A stretch of DNA of 64,000 nucleotides. Origin: Takakia lepidozioides (Eukaryota; Plantae; Bryophyta). The stretch is from positions 33,046,001-33,110,000 of the forward strand of contig CM060732.1 of NCBI GenBank assembly GCA_030704615.1, written 5' to 3'. Every line of letters starts with the position of its first letter. The first letter of the stretch is position 1. The notes beneath the pieces were generated by a model that was not told the DNA's origin, did no database searches, and saw only the letters and a program-made list of their open reading frames with translations. Of this stretch, positions 52,501 to 64,000 are shown one piece after another. The translations under genes were made by a program, and so were the position numbers.

Positions 52501-52844
52501 TCAATGTCAGATGTAAAACCCTACAGTTTTGATGCCATTGCAATGAAGTGTACTTGCGCTCAACTGTGGAGCTCTACCCCTGCCTCATCACACAGCCGAA
52601 GGTCAGCGTTATTGGGGATAGAGAAGAAAGTGAGGGGATCTCGTGACGAGGGGCGAGGGGGGCGGGTTACGAATGAGTGCCGTCGTAGAATCACTATTTC
52701 CCCTGCCCATGAGGTTCATAATCATGACAGACCTAAGCACGAAACGCAAAATGGAGAGAGAGAGAGGGCACAACGGGGCACCTGAAGAGAGAAAAAGATC
52801 GCGAAGGCCGACAGCAATAAAATACCCAAGTCTCGTTTCCTCAT
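44673..52844 (-). CDS. Multi-exon FG-GAP repeat membrane protein (At3g51050/NERD1-like)
   Basis: Exon 1 52844-52782 MRKRDLGILLLSAFAIFFSLQ; exon 2 51687-51529 LPPPVVADLNGDGRSEILVAT. Later exons RHFSYYAYAG, PQHNYKLDA, VECREYRESVLGVMPHRW, DRREDT, ADFSGDGLNDLIL, then a C-terminal TM helix. Confidence 0.9.
45545..45760. repeat. Dispersed intronic repeat, also at ~59435-59617 in an ARP2 intron
   Basis: Shared ccttcacacaag..aatctgctgt, cagcctcgagattt.aaaagtt.gtgaacagaggtgcaggga and ggacattgtatcag.aaatgga. Confidence 0.8.
48763..49128 (-). mobile_element. Complete TRIM (366 bp) with tRNA-derived LTRs, in an FG-GAP intron
   Basis: LTRs 48763-48908 and 48985-49128 (TGTTGG...CCAACA). 5-bp TSD ACACT at 48758-48762 and 49129-49133. 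PBS TGGTATCAGAGCC (48984-48972, tRNA-iMet type). PPT GAGGGGGAG abuts the 3' LTR. Confidence 0.95.
48784..48855 (-). tRNA. tRNA-like cassette in the 3' LTR (second copy 49006-49077); probably not a functional tRNA
   Basis: GGACGGG TA GCTC AGTGGTA GAGC A CCCCA CCGGAAT GGGGG AGGTC CTAGG TTCAATC CCTAG CCCGACC A: a 72-nt cloverleaf with box A and box B, but C33 instead of U33 and stem mismatches. Confidence 0.7.
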
Positions 52845-53329
52845 GACGATCGCGATAAGCCACCTGCCTGCCACTCATCTACGCCCCGGCATTCATGAAA
52901 TTGCAGCACGATGGTCATAATCCACCTGCCGATTCTTGAAACAAAACTGCTGGCGACGGATTTCAATCACAGCGCAGCGTTTATAGAACCACACTCGTCT
53001 CTCACAACCGCATACACCATCTCGACCTCCACCTCTCCCTACTCTCTCTCACTCTCTCTCTCTCTGACCGAATGGAGCAGCACCGAGACCCCACACGTGT
53101 GAGGCACCGGCCCGTGCACGGGCGCCCTATTGAAACCCGGTCCTTCCATCCGGCCGGCCATTGCCGTCCCCACAGTATGTTTTATTTTTATTTTTATGTA
53201 TTTTATTAGCTTATTTAAAGGGGAGAAAATACACCCGGCCTGTAGTTACTTATCAGGCCCCGGTGAGAGAGAAAATAAAGTTTCAAATGAATCCAAAATC
53301 ATTTGGCAAGGGAATGATTGGTTCACCCA

Positions 53330-53720
53330 AAGCCAATTTCAGGGGCTGAAATTGCCATTTATGGGGCTCGAATTGCCAATTTCAGGGGCTGGACTTGCAA
53401 TTTGAGGGGCTGAAGCTGCCATTCCAGGGGCTGCACTAGCAATTGCCATTGCACAGGCTACAGATACAATTTGAGGGGCTCGAATTGCCAATTTCAGGGG
53501 CTGGACTTGCAATTTGAGGGGCTGAAGGGCTGCACTAGCAATTGCAATTGCACAGGCCACAGATGCAATTTGAGGGGCGGGAATTGCCATTTCAGGGGCT
53601 AGAAGTGCAATTTGAGGGGTTGAAATTGACAATTTCAAGGGCTCAAATTACAATTTGAGGGGCGGCTGGGGTTGGTCGTTTTAGGGACTAGCATTACCAA
53701 TTTTAAGGGCTTGAATTGCA
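53330..53720. repeat. Degenerate ~21-bp minisatellite
   Basis: Recurrent attt(c/g)aggggct...ttgc(c)a units. Confidence 0.85.
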
Positions 53721-54683
53721 TTTTGAATTGTAATTCAAGGGTTACAATGGGCCATGAACAGCTAAGAGGCACAAGGAAAGAAACTTAAATAGGACAGGGA
53801 CATGCCATTGTGACTGGAGGGGGCCATTTGTAAAGTAAGCTCACCATGAGGCGCCAAGCACACGGCTTATGGGACACCGCTCATGTGAAGGGGGAGGATA
53901 TTATTTCACCCCAACAAGGTAGCGGGATTTGAACCCAGAATAACCTGGGTGGCAATCACTGCACTATCCTTATTATTCGGAAAATAATAGGAATTAGGTG
54001 AGAACTTCATCTGACGGTACTTTCGCCGGGTTCCGGCTTCCTCCTCCGGCTGGACCTGTCAAATCCTCCCAGGTGGAATGGGATGTCGGACAGATCACGC
54101 ACGCCATCGCTCTTACCTCAGTTTCACTATTAAATACTTAAGAATCCAAGGGGGTTTCATGTTTTGGTGGGTAGCGCATTGGTAAGGTAATTCGAAGGTA
54201 AGATTTCAGGTTTGATTCTTGATGGGAGGCTATTAAGTGTAACCCGGGTACGGGTATCCTTTCGTGTAACCCTCTCTAAACCCGGTCTCTCGTGTATCTC
54301 TTCTTAGTCCATTTTACATACTTAGCCAATTTTGGACATAGGTAATCAAATTTCGAGACCAAGTGTGAGTTACCCCAGTGGAGTTATGCACCCCCTCGTG
54401 TAACCCTAAGTGGTGTTACACTCCCCAATTTGCACTTGAGTAGGTAAGCCCAGTAGTTGGGTGTTTGTGCCTTGCCTATGCATAACCTAGGTGATCCTGG
54501 GTTCAATCCTTCAACATGTGCCTTCAGACCGTCCATTGGGCCCTGAATGGCCTTGTGTTGGGCAATAGGCTCTGTAAATTCATTGGACGTTAAAGAAACT
54601 TTATCTTTATGTAACCCCGAGTGGAGTTTACACTCCTTCAATGGGTGGGGGAGTTTTGACATGCCGAAAACCAGAGTACCAAC

Positions 54684-55497
54684 CAGTGTTGGGCGGTTAC
54701 CCGTGGGGACCAAGTTAACCGCCGGTTCAGGTTCAGGTTACCCGGAACCAAGGCCCATTCCTACATAACATGACCCGGAACAGGAACGTGCCAATGGGGA
54801 TCGGCGCAGAACCGAACCGGCGGTTACTACTGGGTGTGAGAACCGGAGAACCCTGGCGCACGGGGATAAAAACAAAAACAGGTTCTGGTTCTTGAACCCT
54901 TGGTGGGCCTTGGCATAACACTAAAGAGCTGGCGGGCCAGGGCAAAACTTCTTTAATGCTCTCAAGCTCCCGAGATCCTGGTTCAATGCTTGAAGGCCAT
55001 GAGATCTATGTACAATGCTTCAGCGCCATGAGATCTTGGGTTCAATCTCCAGCTCCATGATATCCTGGCTAAGTTCATTAATAAAATGTTTGATGATGCC
55101 AATACCTGCCAGGTAGCTGAATAGTACTTTCAACCCATAAAATTTTACCCATTTTCTTCTACCAGTTTATTTAGAGTATTTTTGTTTATTTTTTGTGTTA
55201 GTGAAAACTAACAAAATACACTGCTATTCAATCTACCGGACTGATAAAATATTTTAAATCTAATTAAATTAAACAAACATATTTTAAAATAGAACAAGAA
55301 CCTAACCGGAACCGATGGTTTTTATCAGCAACTAACCGGTAACCGGAACCGCCCCCATGTTTAAAAGTTGGATCCGGAACCGGACCGGAACCGGCTCAAT
55401 TAAAAAAAACCGGAACCGGATCCGGAACCATCTCTTGAAATAATTGTGGAACCGGAACCGAAGGTTCCTTCACAAAAGCAAGAACCGCCCAACACTG
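54684..55497. mobile_element. Non-autonomous hAT-type DNA transposon (814 bp)
   Basis: Perfect 15-bp TIR CAGTGTTGGGCGGTT / AACCGCCCAACACTG. 8-bp TSD GTACCAAC at 54676-54683 and 55498-55505. Many subterminal AACCGG/CCGGTT motifs. Confidence 0.93.
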
Positions 55498-57481
55498 GTA
55501 CCAACCTGTCGGAGGTTGCACCGATATATTAAGTTCTTACCTCATTTATATTATATTTCTTATTATTCCTATATCTCTATAAATATTTTGTTCTCTTACA
55601 GAAAAGCTTCTCCTGACCGACATACTGTTGTCTGGTGCTTGAGGGCTACGGTTTGCATGAGGTTGTTGTGATAAACCTCCATACAATTAATGCAAAGCCT
55701 AAACTGAACTGGGTAAAGAGTTAACCCGTGCCCAAGCGACCCATCCTGGGTCGGTTGGGTTTGCTTAACCAGCCATAACTTCATGTGGTTAAGGCTGATT
55801 GGGTCTTTTTTGGGCTCACTCGATAGAAAATCGGGTCCCCCTTCATATGGCATTGGCCAATTGGTCAATGCCTGAAGGGGTATGGGTCTGAACCAATTGG
55901 AAGGGGGCACACTCAACTTTTTGAGGCCAATTTGGCCCCCCTAACCTTCCCAAGTTGCTGACATGGCAACTGCGGTCAGGTTAGGGTGACTGAAAGATAC
56001 CCCATAAAGGTTAGGGCGGCACGCTCCCCCAAACCCCTCGATTGCCCGGCAGGGGCATGGCGCCCAGCGCAGGTCTGGGCATTCCCAGGCCTGGGCCTAG
56101 CCTGAATGGACGGCGATGGCAGCTCCGGCCAACGCCATGCAGAGCGGGCTGGAGGAAGTGCAACCGCGATGGCGGCACAGCTGGGGGCTCCATAAAAACG
56201 TCACGAGGGGTGGGCCAAACCTAGGGGTGGGCCAAACCTAGGGCGGGGGGTTGAGAGGGTTGAGGGTGGCCATGAAAGCAGGGCCGGGTAAGCTAGAGGA
56301 GCTCCCAAACCCCATGCCCTTTTGGGCTATGGCTCCAAATATCCTAGGCCTGCAGGCTATAACATAGGTGTGCCATTTGAAGTCTTACCTAAAGATGTGA
56401 GGGAAATTACCGATTGGTCCCAAAAAAAATTTGGGATCTCATATAACTGTTCATGACACTTCAACCGGAGGGATTAGGAATTGAACGGCTGAATTTGTTT
56501 GTATAATTTTAGGAAGAGATATTTTGGCCTGCCCAAAGAAAATGGCATATTTTGAACCCCCCAATTTGTCACTACAAAGGAGCCCACTTGAGAACATTTC
56601 AGAAAAAACTGAAAAATTATGAGGATGTGTGTTATCAGGTATGGTAAACATTCTTGATACTCTCAAAAATAGAGAAACTAAAACTGCCCAAATACGAGCA
56701 AAAAACTGCTTTTTTTGGCACCTATTTCTTAGCTAAGAGTTTTTCTTGTACACTTTATAATCTTCTGATCTGGCGGTTGGAATTTGATGAAACTGTTTAT
56801 GGCAGGAGGTGGGGTTGGTGGGAAGTCATTCCAACGGTCAATTTTACAGGGACATAGAGATTTTCCAGATAAATTGTACTCATAAGACGTTGTTTGCCGT
56901 AGCCTTGATAAAAATGTTTTTGTGGGCCAGGGTCATGTTTTTCCACGAGAGGGTGAAAATGAGTCTGGGCACTTAAGGGTTAACCGGGGTTTATTTCTTA
57001 AGTTTTTCTTGCCTTAGCCTTGTGGCCATTTCTATTTCAGAAAGAGAAGTGGAAACAAAGTCTCATGTGTACAATCTATTTCAGAAAGAGAGACACTCTA
57101 GTTCCATATTCAAAGCCCAAATCAGGTGTTGCTTGAGTGGGAGTGAAAGCCCAAAGGGAGAGCCCCTTGTCGGACCGGCTGAGCAATTGTAGGGCAGTAA
57201 ACAATGCATCTTTCAGCCTATCCCTACACATATGGTAGAAAAGTATGAGGCTAGTGGTAGCCCTAAGAGAATCGAGTCAAGTACAAAGAAAAATGAATCT
57301 GCTGGGCCTTGGAGAGGGGGTGGAATAGATGAGAAACATTAACCCTTCACAGCCCTGAGGATGTTGCCTATGACATATATTGCCAGTGTGGCTCAGTCCA
57401 CTGGCTACCAGACTTGACCAAGCCGGTTCAACCACAGGAGAGAGAGGGAGAGAGAGAGAGAGAGACTTCATTAGGATAAGT

Positions 57482-60400
57482 CTAGGCTTGCCCGCATTTG
57501 CGAAGACAGTTGAGGCCCTCTTCCTCATATTCCTGTTTACTAATCCAAAATTCCGGCGTGTCCTGCAATGAGATTTTTCCACCATGATCATTAGAGGAAG
57601 TCATCAGAGAAGAGCTACCCTCATAAGAATTGGGCAGGCTAAGGGAAAAAGAGAGATGTACATCAACAGATTCCACACACCATTAATGTGAGCACTCATT
57701 TGCTCTCTTAGCTTCCAAGAAAAGCAGGTAGGAAATGAATTACGCCTGTTACAGCTGTAGGTATAAGCATTTATAATCCATCGGATGTTTTTGGCTGGGG
57801 CAACCAATAACGAAGATCCAGAGCTTCCCTTGCCAGCACAACAAGCAACATGAACATTTGACAGCTATGCTGTAGAGGGCACCTACCTTCATGATGCCAG
57901 CCAGAACAGCTCCGCCTAAGTAGACCATGTGCTTACGTCTTGGTGGGTCCTCAATTCGCAGTCTCAATTTCTGATGCAGGCCAACATTTTCACATCAGGG
58001 GCGACAGAGGGAGAAAGAAAACGACTAAACTATGTTGGCTAGGACTATCCTTGCTGACATACTCAATAGTCACCCTGTTGGGTTTCTGCACTAGCGCCCA
58101 CCAGGGTATGAAGCTCGCCTGAAATTGCCACTGCTGATGGCAATCCAGCACAGTTAATTCAGAATAGATTTAAGGGTAGCACTGACATACACTACAAGGT
58201 CTCATTGGCTGCCAGTCCTCCCTCTTGAAGGAGACGTACCTGTCGGTGCATTACAGCTTACACTAGTGAGAAAGTGAAGGAGGGTGAGAAAGTTTGTCAC
58301 TAAGTAGTTTATTGAAAAGCTCCTGCGATAAAATAGCTGGCTGCTTGAACAGTAGGATTCTGATAACCAACGACCAGCAAGAGAAGAATTCATGTAATCC
58401 TGAAAGGAACAAGGGATATGCTTGGTCACTATTAGTTGGACAGTGCTTACCTTAAGCCCCTCTTTGTTTCCTTTTAGAACAACCCGCAGATACTGCTCCC
58501 GGATCTCTTTCTCTAATCTGCTTACCCACCCAGCAAAGAAAGGGGTAGACTCATTAGTGGACACATCTTGATTATGACGAAGTAACTCTCGAGTTAAAAG
58601 CACATTAGGGTTCAATGCAACTCACCTTCTCTAGCCAGCACCAGTCATGAGACACGCAGTATTCTTATAACTAAACTTTTCATAGATTTTCTTTCTCCCC
58701 TAGAGAAGCGTGGATGGCATCACGTAGATGCTACGATAAACTGCTTGAGAGAAGCTTTTTAGGCCAATTTCATTTCCAAGCCCCACCACAGGACCATGAT
58801 TTTTTCCATGACCCATTCTGCTCTCCTCCTGTCCATTTTCTCCCTCCCGGTCTTTTCCAGCTCAGTTCAAACTGGGTGCAGTACCTATGGTCACAACAAT
58901 ATGAAAAGCAAAGCCCAGAGAGGACATCATCACCATCTCTGTGCTCTGTCTGTTGTGGGCTGAAGGTGCAAACACAACACTAGGAGAAGGGGAGGATACC
59001 TGCTGGGAAGGCCAGGATACATGGTACTTCCACCACTCAGTACAATGTGTTGATAAAGCTGTCATAAAAGGACACAGCTTTAGAGACGACGACTGGTTGG
59101 GAACAGACATATTGGCATGTAATCATGACAAATAATGCTGCAATAACTTTAAAGACTTGTGAACATAGTATGAAGAGCATACGCACCATCATACGATTAT
59201 CAATGTCCATTTCTTGAATGCACCGAAATACCGCATCAGCTAGCCCATCACCCTCCATGTCTATTAGCTCCTGCCATCGAGGGTTCATGGGTTGAGAGAG
59301 AGAGAGAATGTACTCTTGAGACATTGTGGCCCATACACCCTGCGCCCAGTTTGGGCGGAACAAGAGGGAACAGACACTACCTTGTGAGGGTCTCACTCCA
59401 GCAGTGGGGCTTACCTTGGTATAAACAATTGTTCAGGCTTTCCAGCTCTAGAAATTCCTTCACACAAGTATCAATCTGCTGTATGTGAGCTGCCCAGCAA
59501 TTAAACACCAACAGGGGCTTTAGGCTCCAGCCTCGAGATTTTAAAAGTTGGTGAACAGAGGTGCAGGGAGGGTTGCTCTCTTATGAGGATACCCTGGACA
59601 TTGTATCAGTAAATGGAATTCAGAGAAAGTGAGAAAGAAAGGGAAAGACGAACTTTCCAATGTCCCCCAGGGGGCCCCCCCCAAGGCATATCAAGAAACC
59701 CACATCAAAAGACACCAAATGTCACCTCGACAAGGCACCACATCCAAAGAAGCTGCTAGAAATATTGGGTCCTCAAAACGGTGTGTGAGAGAAAAAGAAA
59801 GAAACTTAATAACGTCCACAGGACGCTCCAAGAGCTTGTGGGACAAAGGAAAATAGAAACAAGATATAAAGAGAGAGAGAGAGAGAGAGAGAGATGTCCC
59901 CAGGTCCTGCAAAGGTCATAATCCCTCATTGCCACATTTGTGATCCAGTAGTTTCATACCCTTTCCTTTGCACAAAGATTGAAAGAGAGTGAGGGAAACT
60001 TCACACTGTCCTGGGGCCGCAAGAGCCAAAGGAACAAGTAGAACAACCACTAAAAGCTACATACACACATAGCCTGAAGACACTACCACAAGCAGGGAAG
60101 AGATGAGGTAAATAAATCTGCGGGTAGCCCTGAGGGCACATGGGATGAAGTAGAGAAACAAGGGACAGATGATAACTAAGACATGAGACACAAATAAGAA
60201 CAAAATGTTGATGGAAATGCTTACAGGAGTAAAAAGAGCTTCAGGAGCTTGGAAGCGCTCAGCACCCACCTTGATTACTCTTCCGTCAGGCAGCTGCTTT
60301 GCATTATTGAGGACATATATATATGTGAGTCTGGCATTTTGCTCTGATAAAGAGGGCTGGCCAACCTTCCCTTAAAGCATATGTTCTATACACTCATGTC

Positions 60401-63400
60401 AAACAGATTTCCAGCATGAATGGAGTGTTCAACACATCTTTTGTTTGCAAGACTAGAAATAGGTCTAGTGTTGTTCATTAACACAATCAGCTCAAAAGTG
60501 ACTCTTGAACTCTTTTGCGCATGTCAAAGAGCACTCCAAGCCTACATAACATTTTGGACCCTGGAAACTCTTCATCCATTCCTTCATTCTTAGTACTCGA
60601 CTATCAGATTCATGACATGGATCTGACAAAGCTCACTTCACAAGTCCTTGGGTTCGGTCAAGTAACCGTGTACTGCTTGACCAAAATTGTCGTTTCAAGT
60701 CCCAGTTGATATTCTCGTTTGTAATCAATGCTGCATCCACCAACAACAACTCATTTCACATACTCCACAATTTTTCCCTCTGGAAGTTCCTCCTCTTTGC
60801 CTCTTCAGAGAGATGAATACTAGTTGCAAAACACAGCATCAATTGAAAAAGACTGTTCCCTGAGACTTTTGGAGTGGCGAATACAGGGAGACTGACACAG
60901 GAGTGTCAACAAGAAGCAGAAGCAAAAAACAAACTCCAATAGGCATAGTGGTAGGAAGCTTACCTTACATAGCAGAGCTTCTCCTTCATCTCACTGACAG
61001 TTTCAAAATCTGCTGTTCTATTGAATGCATACCTGCCCCCGACAAATTACCAAAGAGAGTCACATTATTAACCAGCTTTTACTGAACATGTCTTGCAAGC
61101 ACAAAATATCTACTCAAGATAGCCAACTGAAACACTGTGAATAGGCACTGAAGCAGAACAGACTCTACTCATTCGCAGTACTGGTACGACGAGGCCAGAA
61201 GAAGCTTGAAAGCAGTATTCTGCTCCTTCTATCTCTCTCCCTCCCAGGGGTCCCAATGGGTTTCTTCCTCTCTACTTTGTCCTATGGGGCTCCTGTTTGT
61301 CCCTTCTTTCTTTCTTTTGTCATCTCATAACCTTCACCTGGCCTGTCCATGATCAAGGTGGCCAGAATATACTAAAAACATTACTGCCAATCCCAAATGT
61401 CATGATATGCTGCCAGAAAAATCGAACCTACAACTTGAAGGTTCCACTGCTTGCAAAAACTCACCCTCGTCTTAAAAGGAGGTCAATAAGGTAAGAAGTG
61501 ATATGACGCCCTGCTATGTTGAGGCGCTTTGTTAGGTGTGGAAATGCATACCCATCCACCACAGGCACCTGTACCAGCACAAAAATTTCTGTAGATTCAC
61601 AAAATTGTGATCTCTACAGGGACACAGATAAGATAAAGCGGAAGTTATGTCCGTCAGAATCCAAGAACACAGCAATAAAGCAAACGAGCGTACCACATGG
61701 GTAACACCATCCCCAGAGTCAACCACCAGGCCTGTCAAAAGCCCTGCCAACCAAAAATCTTTGTGAGCAGATTGAGGTTGCAACAATGGCGTCAACACCA
61801 CAATCTTTGCTGCTATTGAGGACTTTTACGAGCACGTCACTTTCTTGTTCTGCATGATGCTAAGTTGCTATGCTCATATTTGCCACAATAAGATTCCTCT
61901 AACCACGATAAGATTCCATATAAGATTCCTCTAACCACCCACCATGGAGTTCTATCACTCTGATCAGATGCTTACATATCTACCATTAGCCACCTGCCTT
62001 TGATTTCGTATACTCTGAATCTCCAAGGTCCAAAATATGTTTCAAACCTCTAACTTCAGTTTCAAAAGCATTGCCTGGCTGGTTAACTTTCATTCAGAAA
62101 CCTATCAAAGTTTGAGATCTGACAAACTGTCAAAAAACTCATGGATTAACAGTTGCAGACTGGTCATCAAACTCACAGATTCTGCAAGCATACCTTGGGC
62201 ATATAATGTCAAGACTGCCTGAATCTGGACAAACACCCCTCCAAAGTTGTATTTCTCAAACATTGTTTCAACCTGCCAACCAACAACATAACACTGTGAC
62301 AACCCGAAACCCTGGTTCTGCCCGTGTACACAACACGCACCATACTAATGTGTGCCTTCAGCACAATATCACAAGTGGCAAGCTGATAGCCATGTTCAAT
62401 AGCATGTAGAATAGTATGGAATGGCAGTGGTAAGCTCAGTACCATTTTTTCACGGTTTTTTGTGGGGTTCAGAGGCGGATCAGTAAGGAGAATCTTGCAC
62501 TCTGGTGGGTCAACCTGCAAATGTCACCACCAACAAACAGCCATTTTGTTCATGAGCAGGGAGTACAAAAGTTGCCCTGGCCATTCCCCACTGTCTGTCT
62601 TCTGCTCCATCTACACTGGATGCAGGTTCTAGGATCACACAGCTACATGAATGAGGATCTATGACTATGGACAAAAGTAGCTCTGTCATTCTTCCCTTCC
62701 TCTTCTCTCCTTCTCTCCATCTCAAATCTACCAGATGCCATATTGTTTGAGTACACTAAGAAAACTTGATACTTTAAGGATGTCGTAGAAGGTGTGGTCC
62801 CAGATGTGTCCCATATCCTCCCAGTTCTGGACAATCCCATTGCTTATGGGATACGTCACTTCCAGCTGCTGCCGCTGCTCCGAACATGCCTTCCCAACCA
62901 CTATGTCCTGCCCACAGAACCACATGCCCTTGTTAAGAACTTCAGGTCACCTAGGGGCCTCTGATGAAGGCAAGCCATAGAACCACAGAACCAGAAAATA
63001 CTCAAAGAAAGCCTTGCACGAAGGTGGAAGAGACAGTACGAGGGATTGGAGATTTTTTCTTCTATCTAAACTCAAACCATGTAACCCGATTGTTGCTCGC
63101 CCTCTGTGGTGCACATTCTCGGCTAGTATCAAACCTGATTAACTGAACCCCACGCCCAGTTTAAGAGATTTACAATCCACAACGACTGTTTTCTTTTCAG
63201 GAATGCTGTTGAATGCAGAAAAGCTCCATGCGCATACATTTGTCTCCATTCAAATGTCTATAGCTGGATTGTAGTGGGTTGTATGTGACAATCCCAGGCT
63301 GTGTATCCCGTTCTGGGATTAATAACTCTCCTGGATGCAGTTGTGGTTTCATCAGCCAGGGTACATGCTATGACAGGATATGGTCAAAAAAGTAGAATCT

Positions 63401-63522
63401 CCCTGTTTTACCTTGATTTCTTGATTGCAAAGATCTTCCTCATACCGCAGCATGGGCCGCCCCACCATGCATGGGAAAACAGCTGCTGGGAAATTGTCCC
63501 CTGCAAATCCACATTTGACAAA
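57482..63522 (-). CDS. ARP2: Actin-related protein 2, multi-exon; first exon not found and presumably beyond the window end
   Basis: Exons [136 protein letters not shown]; stop at 57482. Confidence 0.95.
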
Positions 63523-64000
63523 CTGCAACAACCCCCCACCCACCAAAACCAGTCCCACACTCTTCATGACAAAATGCAAGAGATAGTCCGGTTGTTAAAT
63601 CTAACATTTAAATTAATTCCTTAACATTCATGAAACTTTGCAAACTCGAAATCCTCAAAACTCAAAATGCCACTTGATACACCGCCTACAACCTCTGTTC
63701 CAACTGCTCTAAAAAAAAACCAAATAGCCCTATTTTTCCAGTTAACAAGTTATGATGTCATTTGTAAAATTTGAATCCTCCCTAATCTCATCTTGACCAA
63801 CAAAAAAGCCATGGAATTTCAGGAAAGAATAAATCAATCTGGAAAGAGCAGGTCAAGGGCAGAGGAGGAAAAGGGGGATAAAGAGAGAGCTTATGGTGAC
63901 GTTGCTCCCTCAACTAACTTGAAGGAAGAAAAATACGGGAAAGGGTGTAGAGGCCTGCTCATGGGGGTGTGTGAGAGCCGCCAAAATGAATTAGTCTTCT

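Noticed and set aside
53339-53638. 99-aa Ala/Pro/Ile repeat protein
   Set aside because: By-product of the 21-bp minisatellite.

Overview
Gene-rich window of a land-plant nuclear genome, most likely a seed-free plant or bryophyte (inferred from PLS-DYW PPR style, MIKC*-like MADS and element types). Ordinary genes: CYP703-family P450, DYW-type PLS-PPR editing factor, ALG8, a P-class PPR, RPL23/uL14, an FG-GAP repeat gene (At3g51050/NERD1-like) and most of ARP2. Unusual items: (1) a decayed Ty3/Gypsy element with a DNMT3-like cytosine methyltransferase segment upstream of RT and a PHD finger after integrase; (2) two intronless MADS-box genes with a PLS-type PPR segment in frame between the MADS domain and a K-box-like region; (3) a complete 366-bp TRIM whose LTRs each hold a 72-nt tRNA-like cassette; (4) a second PLS-PPR whose DYW domain was replaced by an inverted, internally deleted copy of part of the FG-GAP gene; (5) a ~2.2-kb inversion at (TA)n tracts that flipped the second MADS-PPR copy. 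All calls were made by eye; no database searches were run.
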